A stretch of DNA of 64,000 bases from Heteronotia binoei (taxonomy: Eukaryota): the NCBI RefSeq assembly GCF_032191835.1, contig NC_083237.1:8494001-8558000 (forward strand), read 5' to 3'. The notes under the pieces were generated by a model that searched no databases, was not told the origin of the DNA, and saw only the letters and a list, made by a program, of their open reading frames with translations. The number at the start of each line of letters is the position of its first letter. Position 1 is the stretch's first letter. This document shows positions 24,511 through 37,021 of the stretch, one piece after another. Both the position numbers and the translations under genes were made by a program.

Positions 24511-26228
24511 CATAGAAGAGTGAGAAGTCATAGCATTAAATTTCAGATAAAGGGACAGGACATTCCCCCCCCCCCCTCCAGTATGTTAGCAACAGTAGAC
24601 ATGCCAATAATCTGGTAACTTTCCACTCAGCACTGATTTTTTTGTCACTCCACTAATCCTGACGCTCTAGGCAATCACCAAATATTTTTTTCCTTGGGGT
24701 TCAGTGAGCCCAGTTCTAAACATCTTTTCTGCACGAACACTGGTAACTTGATCAAGATCATAGAAAGCAGTCATGAACAGAATACCTGCTCGGAACCTCT
24801 ACTGATCAGTTCAAAGGGGCTTACTCCCAGGAAAAAGTTTTTACGATTGGTTTGATCAAAAAATCCATATCGGATGACCCAGTAGCAGTCCCTTTTATTG
24901 AGCTTTGACCTTTGATCCAGGAGTTAGAATCATAGAGCTGGAAGGGACCTCCAAGGTCAGTTCTGTGATTCAAAGACCCCCAACCTATTGGGATTCCAGG
25001 AATGAGCTTCCCTGAGGTGGAATCCCCAGAGGCTTGCCCGCATTACCAAGAGCCCCATTAATCTTTGCTTCTACATGACAGTGGAGGTACCTTTCCCACC
25101 ATGAGGTAACAGAATATAGGGCTGTACACCAGGTGCTTTAAGAACACCTTGTCTGCTGCAAAGAGTAGCCTAAGGTAGCTAGACAATTAAGGAGGTCTAT
25201 AAGGGCTCAACTGCACACTGCCAGTTATTTTACCATATTTGTAATAGTGATTGTGCAACCACAGAAATGAGCTATTCTTCTCATCAGCTCTGGAGAATCT
25301 TTTCTTGAATAGCTGGTCCTCAATGTTTGGCTCAAACATATTAACAGCTAGGGTCTCATTTCTTCTGTATGCAACCATATTGGGGGGGGGGGGTGTATGC
25401 AAATATATATGTAGTATTTGTATCCTTGCATTGAGACATGGGAAACTATAGTATAGCCTAATTTGTCAGATCCGGGAAGCTAAGCAGGGTTAGTAGTTGG
25501 ATTGTGGACTCCCTGGAAGACTCTGTAGAAGAAGGCAATGGCACATCACCTCACTTACCTTGTAAGATCTTGTTGAGATCATAAGTCAGTTGTGATTCAA
25601 CAGCATGTGCGTGCATAAGGTATTCCACAATTTATAAGATGCAACAATCACTCAGGAATATGCTGAGGGTCTTCCTTAGTAAAAGTATAAAATGATACTA
25701 ATACAGATTTGTAATAGTGATTGTGCAACCACAGAAATGAGCTATTCTTCTCATCAACTCTGAAGGATCTTTTCTTGAATAGCTGGTCCTCAATGTTTGG
25801 CTCAAGTATATTAACAGCTAGGGTCTCATTTCTTCTGTATGCAAGAACCTGGAAATCTACGTCTTGTGGCACAAGCAACCATGGGATTACATCTTGGCGA
25901 AATTTACTGACAACGTCAAATCTCCCGAAAAACTAAATTTGTCCTTTAATTTCACTCCCATATGACTCCCTATCCTAGAGTACTTAGCAAGACAACAGGA
26001 ATGCCCTAAAATAGTCAATGACTTGTGCCTATGGTAATTTTTTTTAGTTTTTTATTAGGTCACTTACATGATTAATGTCTAAGTTCAAATGCTTTTCCTG
26101 TATGCCTTTATGTGTGCTATACTTTTCTTGCTTTTTTCCCCCTACTGTTGCTGATAACATGCAAAATCACTCAAAGGTTTGTTCTGTATCAGAGCTTTTT
26201 ACAAATGATCAATAAAATGTTAATTGAC

Positions 26229-28913
26229 CCCAATTGAAAAAATAGAAATTGAAGCAGCAATCAATGTGATGAAGAATGATAAAGCTCCCGGGCCAGACGG
26301 CTATACAGCTAAATATTTTAAAACTTTTAAAGATGAATTAATACCAAAATTACAGAAGCTGATGAATGTAATAAGAGCTAAAGGGAAGGTACCAAATACA
26401 TGGAAGGAAGCTGTTATTTCTTTGATACCTAAAGAAGAAAGAGACGTCACAAATGTGAAAAATTATAGACCAATTTCACTTTTGAACAATGATTATAAAA
26501 TATTTACAAGAATTCTGGCGGAACGACTTAAGCAATATCTGATAAATTTTATAAAGGAGGACCAAGCTGGTTTTCTTCCCAAAAGACAAATAAGAGATAA
26601 TATTAGAACTGTTGTAAATATTGTAGAATACTATGAAAGACATCCAGAAAAGGAAGTAGCACTATTTTTTGCGGATGCAGAAAAAGCATTTGACAATTTA
26701 AATTGGGACTTCATGTTTGCAGTGATGGAAAAAATGGAGCTTGGAGAAAGTTTTATAAGAATGATAAAGGCAATATATTTTGAACAAAGGGCAAGGTTGT
26801 GCATCAATGCAGATCTTACAGACGAAATGAAAATTAGTAAAGGTACTAGACAAGGCTGCCCGCTTTCGCCATTGTTGTTCATAATGACTCTTGAAATTTT
26901 ACTGATGCAGATCCAAGATGAAAAAGATTTAGAAGGACTACAAATAAAAGGGTATACCTATAAATATAGAGCATTTGCGGATGATATAATGTTTATAAAT
27001 GAAAACCCCTTACAAGCTACACCGTTGTTGCTAACGAGAATACAAGAGTTTGGGGAGTTGGCGGGACTGTACATAAACAAAGAAAAATCAAAAATCTTAT
27101 GTAAGAATATGCAGAAAAATAGACAACAAGAACTACAAAGACTAACGGGTTGTGAAGTTACCTCTAAGGTAAAATACCTAGGGGTAGAGATAACAATGAA
27201 AAATATTGATCTGTTTAGGAACAACTATGAAAAGCTCTGGCGTAAAATAGAAGAAGATATGCTAAAATGGAACAAGCTCAATTTGTCATTGTTGGGCAGA
27301 ATAGCTGCAGTAAAAATGAATATCTTACCAAGGATTATGTATTTGTTTCAAACCATCCCCATTGTGAAAGATGTTAAACAATTTGATAAATGGAGAAGAA
27401 AAATTTCGGAATTTGTGTGGGCCGGGAGGAAACCTAGAATTAAAATGAAAGTCCTGATAGATGCAAAAGAGAGAGGTGGGTTTCAATTACCAGATTTGAA
27501 ACTGTATCATGAAGCAATTTGTCTAGTATGGTTGAAAGAATGGATAATGCTATTAAATAAAAAACTTCTAGTGTTAGAAGGCCATGGAAAAAAATTCGGC
27601 TGGCATGCCTACTTGTATTATGGGAAAAAGAAGATGGACGGTCTTTTCTCTCACCACTATATAAGGAGCAGCTTACTAAATGTGTGGATAAAGTACAAGA
27701 AATATGGCAATGAGAGAAGACCTTTGTGGATAGTGCCGGCTGAAGTGATAAAGTTAACGGCCAAAACAGTAAAGGAAAAACAACTATCATACAACCAACT
27801 ACTAAAAATACAAAGTTGGAAAATAGAACTGAAAACGGCAGAAGAATTGAATCATAAATATGATTGGTTTCAAATGCAACAAATAAAAAGCTTGATGGAG
27901 AATGATATCAAAGCTGAAGGAATAAGGAAAGAGCAAACAGAAATGGAAAGAGTTCTGCTTGGAGATAACGAGAAATTAATTTCAAAAGTGTACAAATTAC
28001 TTTTACAATGGACTACAGAAGATGAAGTAGTGAAATCTCAAATGATAAAATGGGCAATTAATGTAAATAAAGAAATAAAGATGGAATCTTGGGAATTTTG
28101 TGGAAAAACTCTATGAAACTCGCAACATGTCATAGTATTAAAGAGAACTGTTTTAAGATGATGTATAGATGGTATATGACTCCAAAAAAATTAGCAAAAA
28201 TGAACAATAAGATGCCAGATAGGTGCTGGAAATGTAAAAAGCATGAAGGTTCTTTCTACCATATGTGGTGGACTTGTGAAAGAGCTAAAATGTTTTGGCA
28301 GATGATTCAACAAGAGATATCTAAGATCCTGGGATATGAATTTAACAAAGAAGCAGAGACTTCTCTGCTGGGATTACAAATGGAAAAATTTCCAAAAGAA
28401 GATAGAACTTTAATATGGTACTTGCTCTCAGCTGCTAGGACATTGTATGCACAGTTGTGGAAGCAAGAAAAAATACCAGAAAAATGGGATTGGACTATAA
28501 AAGTTATGTCATGGAGTGAAATGGACAAATTAACAAGAAAACTAAGAGACTGCGATTTAGAACTTTTTAATCGGGAGTGGAAGAAATTCAGAAGATATGT
28601 AGAAAAAGAGTGGAAGATAAAAGGGCATTGGACAATTTTTGATGATTAAGATTTTTAAGATAAGAATATAACTTTTGAAGGGGGGATCTTTTTCTTTATT
28701 AATTTTTGTTTTTTCTTGATAGTTAAAGGTACCTTTAATATCTGTTTTTTTTTAAAAAAATAACACTGGCGGGGGTCAAGCATTGGGGGGAGGGGTGGGA
28801 GAAAAGTAAGATGTGGGGTAGAATGATGTTTTTTTTCTATCTTAAGCTTTTTATAAGTTGTAGATATAGTTCTACTACCATATGTTACTAATAAAATTGT
28901 TTATACCAAAAAA
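26229..28913 (+). mobile_element. L1-clade LINE, 5'-truncated (RT plus C-terminal zinc knuckle), one frameshift
   Basis: KAPGPDG, YRPISLLN, DAEKAFD, GTRQGCPLSP, FADD and CWKC...HMWWTC motifs. AATAAA near 28890 and a short A-tail. 18-bp TSD AATAAAATGTTAATTGAC at 26211-26228 and 28914-28931. Confidence 0.95.
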
Positions 28914-29230
28914 AATAAAATGTTAATTGACAAAAGAAAAAGAAACAGAAATGAGCTATTCTTGATTCAGTCATTCCGTGCAAAAGATGCTCCTTTATCA
29001 GGAATTATAAATGGGACTGCAAAGGAAATACGGCAAATAAATATCAGAGGACATTTATGGCTTGCACAGTTTGCTAAACCCCATTGTGGTATGTGGTTAA
29101 TTTAATAAAAAACTGATCCAGAAGCAACACAATTAAAATGGAGGAGTGTCATTAACATTTTGCATTCTAAATAAAGATAATCAGCAATCATGCAATCCAA
29201 AGAATAATTTATATGAATCAGCCATATAGT

Positions 29231-29346
29231 CAGGGCTTTTATTGAGCAGGAATGCACAGAAACGCAGTTCCAGCTAGCTTGGCATCAGGGGGTGTGGCCT
29301 AATATGCAGATGAGTTCTGCTGGGCTTTTTCTACCAACCCCCCCTG
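29231..29346. mobile_element. hAT-type MITE downstream of gene C
   Basis: CAGGGCTTTT...CCCCCTG with a perfect 8-bp TSD CATATAGT. Absent from the paralogous flank at about 8540. Related copy at about 54803-54906. Confidence 0.8.
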
Positions 29347-29484
29347 CATATAGTGGTTATGTTTCTCTAATATGTGTGAGAAGAATAGACGGCACTGACA
29401 CCTCTGATAGTCCAAGATGGCTCTTTAATTAGGTTTATTGATATTTTTTGTATATAAGCATACATAAAACATAGAATGGTTTTA

Positions 29485-30386
29485 TTAAATATTCCTCCTG
29501 ATTATCTGATGCTTGTTATTCAGCTCAGGTCTCAGAAGAATAATATGGCATTTTGGGAAAAAGATACAAGTCAATAACCCAGCACTGGATGCCAAGATCG
29601 AGAAGACTTCCACAGCTACCATGTATTTCCCTTTGGTGCTCAGATAGGTTGGAATGAATGACAACCAAACACTGCAGAACACCAACATACTGAAGGTGAT
29701 GAACTTGGCTTCATTGAAGCTGTCTGGCAAATTTCTGGCTAGGAAAGCCACAGTCAAGCTTATGATGGACAGAATTCCCATATAGCCCAAGGAAATATAA
29801 AATAGAATGATGGATCCTTCATTGCACTGGACTATGATCTCCCTAGTCAGGGATTGTGTGTCAATATCTGGGAATGGAGGGGAGGTTACTAGCCACACTA
29901 GACAAATGGCTGCTTCTATATGGAAACAGGAGAGGACAATAGTGTTGGCCAGTCTTTTCCCCACCCACTTCCTCATGTTGGATCCTGGGATGGCAGTCAT
30001 GAAAGCTACAACCACCGTGATAGTTTTGGCCAATACACAAGAAACAGCCACTGAGAAAATGATACTGAAGGCGGATTGTTGGATGAAACAGGTCATCTTC
30101 CTGGGATGTCCAATAAAGAGCAAAGAACAGAGGAAGCAAAGCAAGAGGGAAATGAGGAGATAGTAGGTGATATCACGGTTGTTGGCCTTAACTAAGGGGG
30201 TATCTTTGTGCTTAATAAAAATTGCTAGAATCAAAGATGTGGTCAGTAAAAAAGAAAGAGCAATGGCAGTCAAACTGATTCCTAAAGGTTCTTGATAAGA
30301 CAGAAAGTTTAAACTCTTGGGTATACACCGATCACGTTCTGTGCTTGGATACTGATCCTCTGAGCACTTGATACAGTCTTCCATAT
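29485..30386 (-). CDS. Vmn2r: V2R gene C, exon 6 (7TM)
   Basis: 902 bp, ctcctcag|AT ... TAA. Class C 7TM motifs present. Exons sum to 2625 nt, giving 874 aa in an open frame. Confidence 0.96.
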
Positions 30387-31062
30387 CTGAGGAGACAAGA
30401 GGATATGTGTTCTATTTCAGGTTCAATTCACATGTGACTAAAGTCCAACTATCATTATCATCTTTGCTATAAGATCAATAAGACATTTTATATAATCTAT
30501 TTCCTGCTTCTTTTCATCATTAATAAACATGATTTAGAACAATGTTATAAAGAATGTTATGATTGCTTATTAAATCTGGGATGCCATTGTGTGAGCCCTT
30601 TCATTTCAAATGAGGCATAGGGCATCTTGACTTGATTCAGCAAAGGGAGGGCGAGAAAGAAACTCTATTTTCCTGTGTTAGTCTGAAGAAATTGGTTGAT
30701 ATACAGCAGATAGTTACATTCAGCAACTCCTTGGAGTAAAGCAATTGATAGCATTGTCCCAGCAAGCTGACAAAAGTGTGGGCTTGCAAACTGTGTTTAT
30801 TTTTACTGTTTTGTAAGTCTGTTTGTATAGCCCTTAATAAAGCCTGCTGGGGAACCCTTTGAAGACAAAAAAGAGGATGAGGAAATGAAGACTATATTCA
30901 GGGGAACTGCACTGCTCTATTATTAATTATTTATTTTTAGGGAATGGAAAAGGCTCCAGTCTCCAACCCCAGCATTCCCAGGTATTTTCCTGAGTTGGAC
31001 CTGGCAACCCTAGTTGGATCAGATAGAGTTTCTTTCCCTTTCCATAATTCTGGGTGGCCAGT

Positions 31063-31167
31063 ATTAAGCACCTTAAGCTTCTTCAGTGGCGTGTTGTGGG
31101 AGGAAGTGATTTCAGCATTAAGCACCTTAAGCTTCTTCAGTGGCGTGTTGTGGGAGGAAGTGATTTC
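31063..31167. repeat. Perfect 54-bp tandem duplication in gene C intron 5
   Basis: ATTAAGCACCTTAAGCTTCTTCAGTGGCGTGTTGTGGGAGGAAGTGATTTC occurs twice. Confidence 0.9.
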
Positions 31168-31409
31168 CAGTCACAATATGTAGTTTTGGATGAACAAGGC
31201 CAAGTTAGTGGTGGCCAGGCTAGAAGCCACAGTGGCATTGTACAAATGCAGGCAGCTCATTTGAGCAGACAGTTTGAGGGGTGCAAATCAGCTATTTGAT
31301 TTCATAACAAAGCCAAGTTTAGCCCATCTCTTGGGGAATGCTAGAACAATGAAAAAGTTAACTGGATCATCAGAGTCTAATGCACAGAAGCTGGCCACAC
31401 ATCACCTAC

Positions 31410-31536
31410 CCTTTTGGTTTGTGATCTTCCCTTCTGGGCATAGAGTACAATTGTAACAGCAAAACTTCTCCCCTTTCTTCTTTTCCTTCCGGTAGCCAGG
31501 CTTACAGTGATCATTACACCGAGACAGGGGTAGCCC
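31410..31536 (-). CDS. Vmn2r: V2R gene C, exon 5
   Basis: 127 bp, gatag|GGG ... G|gtaggt. Encodes [15 protein letters not shown]...[13 protein letters not shown]. Confidence 0.92.
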
Positions 31537-31825
31537 CTATCCAAAAAGATGAAGAGTTCAAAGACAGCAGTTGGATTGGAATTTCAGAAAACGGTCAAGG
31601 TTCAGTGACCTGCTACTATATGTTTGACAACATTATTTCTGCAGCATCTCTATTTTGTGAGGAAAATGCTGTAAACAAGGAAATGAAATGTATTACACAG
31701 CCCTCACTCCATAGTCCAAACGTTTGCTGGATTTCTCACGAAGCCTCCACATTTTAATGAAGGCATGGAGATGATTTCATATTGTTCACAAGTTTTCCTG
31801 ACTTGTACCTCATAATTCTCCTTAC

Positions 31826-32053
31826 CCTTTTAAAACGTCTTGGCCAATCAATTCTGTCATCGTAAATAATAAATTTTTCCTCTTCAACAGCATTGAGATT
31901 CACTCTTCCAATGTTCACCATCCGGAAGGATTTATTTGGGAAAGTGACCAAGTTCATTATGTCCAATCTCGCTTCCATTCCTCTATCATTATTAAAGGAT
32001 ATTGTTTCACCTGCTGAGTTATTAAATGAAACTCCTTGAAGGAATGGGTGGAC
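31826..32053 (-). CDS. Vmn2r: V2R gene C, exon 4
   Basis: 228 bp, actag|GTC ... AGG|gtaagg. Encodes VHPFLQGVSFNNSAGE...WPRRFKR. Confidence 0.92.
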
Positions 32054-33874
32054 CTAGTTGATGGAGAGAAGAGACACAGATATGAAATTATATTGCCAAA
32101 AGGTCTTTATTTTGCAATAATTCCATCTTTGGATTTTTTTTTTCCAGTAACAAAAAACAACAACTAAAAAGAGATAAAGGTGCTTACTTTATATATAATA
32201 ACTGCTGCCAGACTAAGGTATGGAAGGTGAAAATAATTCCTAGCAGGAAATTGTTCACTGACAAAGTTTAAAGCCTTTCATTTAAATAACAAATTATCTA
32301 CTCTGCAAAAGAATTAAGATTTCACTATTTGCAATTTCACAAAATATGGCAAAAGGCATGGAATCAACCTGGTAAGGTTTTCCCTTTTATTTCATATCTA
32401 TAACTGCGTACATAATTATAACATAAAATATATTTTCCCCCCCAAAAGAAGGAAGGTTATCTTTAATTAACAAGAAAACACCCAAAAACTCAAAAAGGCA
32501 TGGGAATACACACTGGAAGAAAGAAAGAAATGTTAGAGAAGCTAAGAAAAGAACCCACAACAAGAATTAAATAGATTTGAACTTGTCATTAAAAATAGAG
32601 AATGATCCTTGCTGACCTCACTCAGCTCTCCTGTTAGTTGTTGATTCCTCAGACTTTCTCAGCTTGCAGTGAATGAGCTGAATCTTTCAACTCTTCCACC
32701 ATCCCAGCTGGGAGGGTTCTTTTTAAAAATCTATCCTGAAATGGATGTAAAATCTCCATGGTCCCCACCAACTGGCATCTTATCAATGAGGTCTCTGGTG
32801 CTCCCCTGCCTTTGATTCCTCTCCCCCCCTCCCGGGTCAGGACATTAAAAATAATCCATCTTTCCCCTTATTTGCAGTGTGGCAGTACCGCAGTACTGGG
32901 GTCTGAGCTCTCTGCTCATGACCTGAGTTCAATCCCAGCGGAAGCTGGTTCAGGTAGCTGGCTCAAGGTTGACTCAGTCTTCCATCCTTCCGAGGTCGGT
33001 AAAATGAGTGCCCAGCTTGCTGGGGGGAAAGTGTAGATGATTGGGGAAGGCAATGGCAAACTACCCCGTAACAAGTCTGCTGTGAAAACATGGTGATGTG
33101 ATGTCACTCCAGAGTCGGAAATGACTGGTGCTTGCACAGGGGACTACCTTTACCTTTTTAGCCATTGCTTTATCTATCACCATAAATGTGGGTGCTTTCC
33201 TTCCTTTGGCTTATTTTATTATTTGGTTCCTTTACAACCTTGTGGCTGCTGGGGTTGTAAAATCAATTTTTGACATTTACGAACATTCCCACATGCCTGA
33301 GATGCAGGGACCATTTGCCGAACTGCTAGGAAGAAACATGAAGCAGTAAAAGGTATGGATGTAGAAGTGGCAGTAAACCAAAGAGGAGGGAAAGGTGGAG
33401 CAGAAAAGTGAGGACGCTTGTCCTGACAGGAGGAGGAGGAGGAAGGAGGAGGAGGAAATTGGATTTATACCCAGCCCTTCACTTGGAGTCTTGGAGCAGT
33501 TTACAATCTCCTTTCCCTTCCTCTCCCCAGAACAAACGCCTTGTGAGGACGGTGGGGCTAAGAGAGCTCTTTCAAGAACTGCTGTTGAGAGTTCTCAAAA
33601 CTTTCAAAACTCAGACTGACCCAAGGTTACTCCAGTGGCTGCATGTGGGTGAATGGGGAATCAAACCCAGTTCTCCCAGATTTGAGTCTGTGCACTTAAC
33701 CACTGCGCCAAACTGGCTGAGTAACTTCTTCTCTCCCACATGCACAGAAATGAACTCAAAAGAGCTGTTCAGTCAAAGAAGCAATGGAATGTGATCCTAT
33801 TGGGATACATGTGCATAACAACCCCACCTTCATCCTAACAGGACAGGGAAAGAATCAGTCAGTGGAAGCATTAC

Positions 33875-34723
33875 CTGCCATGGCTGGACATGTTTAAAAT
33901 CCTTGCTTAATCTCTGGCTGGATCTGGATGAGTATATCTGTTGCAAAGAATGCCCTATGGCATAGACAGCATTATAGATAGTGTAGCTTTGGCTGGTCAT
34001 GTGCATTTCAAAAAGAGGCCCCGGTAGGCTCTCCAACCTCTCTTGTCCAGTACATGCATCATGAACATCCATGGACTCCGAGGCATTTGAAAATGTGCAG
34101 TCAAATGCTTGCTCCCAGAAATCCTTGAGGAACCCATCTTTATGTTCTCCAGAAGGTTTTATATCCTGAAGAACTTTGGAGAATCCTGGAAGCTCATTTG
34201 AGGGAATTTTGAAGACAATGGCACCATGGAAGAATTCAAAATCCCATTGCTTTTGAATGCCTGACAAAACAAAATCACCCTGGGCTGTCATGATCCACAC
34301 CTTCCTAAACGAGATGTTTTCCTTATATCTAAGATCACCTACCAACAGAAATGTGTTAAGTGCCGTACTAGTCAAAGATTCTCCATACAGGATAAATGCA
34401 TTGATTTTGCTATCAATAAAAGGTACATATAAATTTGATAGTATATCGAAGAAAACATCAAAAGAATTTGCATATTCCCGATCTAAGATGTTTTGAGTGA
34501 AGGCCAAACAGATTCTATTCTTGGAGAGCAATGGCTCCAGGACCCGTAGAAAATGGTCTCCACGATCATCGTCTGCAGCAAAGACCCCAACCCACGTCCA
34601 TCCAAAATGCTGAAGCAACCAGATAATCCCCATATACTGATGGGATTCATTGGGAACCCTATGAAAAAAGGAAGTCAATAGCGTCGCATCCTTCTCCTTG
34701 GGTGCAAATGAGCCATATGGGAA
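33875..34723 (-). CDS. Vmn2r: V2R gene C, exon 3
   Basis: 849 bp, open frame, ctttag|TTC ... CAG|gtaatg. Encodes FPYGSF...VPNESHQYMGII...FWEQAF...QPWQ. Confidence 0.95.
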
Positions 34724-34994
34724 CTAAAGAGAAAAACAAAGATTTTATAAAGATATGAGAATAGATGAACGTCCATTTTCTGGTCTGGTGATGGAGGAGA
34801 CATGACACTGTATGGGCAATCACCCTGCCTCAAAGAATGTTATTGCAGACATTCTTGTTAAGGGATAGCTTGAGAGGGATGGATGGAGCGTAACAACAGG
34901 GTCTCAGCTGATTACTCTTAACATTCCACAATTGGGAGAGATACATTTACACATCATGTCAGTCTCCAGTTTTGACTTGTTTATTTGCTTCACT

Positions 34995-35254
34995 GACCAA
35001 TTTCGCACTCAGTTTACCCCACGGTCACATTCCTCTTCTCTGTGCAACATCCGTCGGATTTCCCACTATCTGCGCTGGAGTTACAGGAAGTGTTGCGGCT
35101 TTGATGCAGCAGATGGAAACTGATTTTTAGTGGTTTCTGTTTGCTGCACGAAAGCTGCGGCGTTTCCTGTAACTTTGGTGCCGATAGTGGGAAATGTGAC
35201 GCTGCGCAGAGAAGAGGAACGTGACCACGGGGTAAGCTGAGTGCGAAATTGGTC
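34995..35254. mobile_element. Fold-back MITE, Harbinger/PIF-like (3-bp TSD ACT)
   Basis: GACCAATTTCGCACTCAG...CTGAGTGCGAAATTGGTC with a palindromic interior. Confidence 0.8.
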
Positions 35255-35559
35255 ACTGTTTCCCCCCTCCCTTTAATTTGATCCAAACACCTGTTGATCA
35301 TATAAACGTAGCTCATTATTCCTGTTTGCATCTGTTTAAATATCAGTCAGTCAACCAATCCTTTATTACGGTCCAAGGACCAGCCGGTTTGAAGCAAGTA
35401 GAAAGCAGGTTTTTAAAAGTATTTAAAAATAAGTTCTAAATCAATTACATTCCCTTAATCACACAATTCCTTTTTCTTAGAGCTAATACACAGAATTTTG
35501 CTATCACACATTACCCGTTTCTGACTATCCCTTAACAAGAATGTCTGTAATATTTCAGG

Positions 35560-35870
35560 TCTGAGGTCGATATAGTCTTGCAAGGATTTGAATTTCGAAA
35601 GTAATGGGATAAGTATTTAACATCTCTCATCCTGATAGAGGTTTACAATGTAAAAGTATATTTGTGACCGTCTCAACTGCATTACTCAAACAAAGGCAAC
35701 AGTGCTGTTGGATAGGCAAGTTGGAAAATCTACCACTTAAAATGGCAAAAGGAAAGGTGTTAAAAAGGGCTCTTGAAAAAGCCCATATGTGCCTTGCTTG
35801 AGTAATGTCCAAAAGATAAGAGGATGGTGTAAAATTCAAGTCCTTCCTTAGATTCTTACAGCTTAAGGGG
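35560..35870 (-). mobile_element. Degenerate LINE ORF2 C-terminal fragment (Cys/His knuckle)
   Basis: AILSGRFSNLPIQQHCCLCLSNAVETVTNILLHC resembles non-LTR C-terminal zinc knuckles. Clade not determined. Confidence 0.45.
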
Positions 35871-35889
35871 AGCATCTTCATTGTGTTAT

Positions 35890-36035
35890 ATGCTAATTTG
35901 CTGCTCACCCTCTACCTATATGTATTTCAGTAAGCTTCCATTTCAGTGTATCTGAGGAGTGTGCTTGCACATGAAAACTCATGCTTTGAATAATACTTTG
36001 CTGGTCTTAAAGGTGCCACTGGACTCAAACTTTAT
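35890..36035 (+). mobile_element. Penelope-like element terminal relic with a minimal hammerhead-ribozyme-like core (35948-35984)
   Basis: gtat-CTGAGGA-GTGTGC-TT-GCACAT-GAAA-AC-TC-atgc. Related degenerate copies on the minus strand at about 1575-1700 and 14975-15055. Confidence 0.6.
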
Positions 36036-37021
36036 CCTTCTTCATATTACCAATGTCTTACCAAATTTTCCCAAATGATTGGAATATGCTGCAATTTCTG
36101 GGAACAAGTCATAGAAAAATCTTCAAAAAAGTACATTATAATACTCAGTCCTTCTTGAGAACCCCTGCCTCCACAGAGGAACTCTGCTGTGGGATTGCGG
36201 CTCACTAACATTCCCATCAGGAGAGACATGAGGAGGCATGAAGGGAGCTGGAATGATCACCTTCCTCTGTCTCCATACTGGCGTACACCTAGGGGCATCC
36301 ATTTTACGGAAGAGGGCCGTTGGCACCTTTGCACTTTTCCTGTCCTCAGGCCTCTGCATGCTGCTGGTGTGTAAGAGTCTTTCTCATCATCCCTGCTCTG
36401 AATTCTGGACCACTTTTTACTGTTGGACAATATCTCTTCACCTTCCTGAGGGTACATTTTGCCCTATATCTGGAACATCTTGCTTCCCAGCAGTGAATTC
36501 TCCAAATATACCCTCATTTTGATGAGCTCTCTTCACTCTTGAAACATTGACTGTTTTGCTGCTTCTGTGGACCTCTTCAAGATTTGTATTTATCACCCTT
36601 CTCTAAAAATCACTCTCCCCCCCACACCGTGTTTCTCTTAGTTAGCTCTTGTGTGTGTGTTTATTGTATGCATTTTGCTTTATTCTTTCCCTTTTCAATA
36701 AAAAAAACCCCTTTCCAGTTGAACATCTGTTTGGTTTATTTGACAGTTCTCTTAAGGCAAAAATCCTTGTAAACATTGGTGGAGTATCCCAGTTACCCCC
36801 TCAGTCTGTCTCCTTAAAGCTATCCCCCCAACTAAGTAGGAGACTGCCTCTTTGGATAACACTATGCCCAGTTTGTTGGTCTTTCAGGGCAACAGCCTGG
36901 CCCATGTGTGAAACAGGATGTTGAGCTAATTGGACCACTGGTCTGTTTGTGTAGGACTTATGTTCTTAATTCTAAGGAAAAGAGCACAGCTTGTGAAATA
37001 ATTTCCATGCACAGAACCTAC

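Noticed and set aside
1-30400. Genes A and B as two haplotypes assembled in tandem
   Set aside because: Introns are about 15-20% diverged and differ by many TE insertions, too much for alleles.
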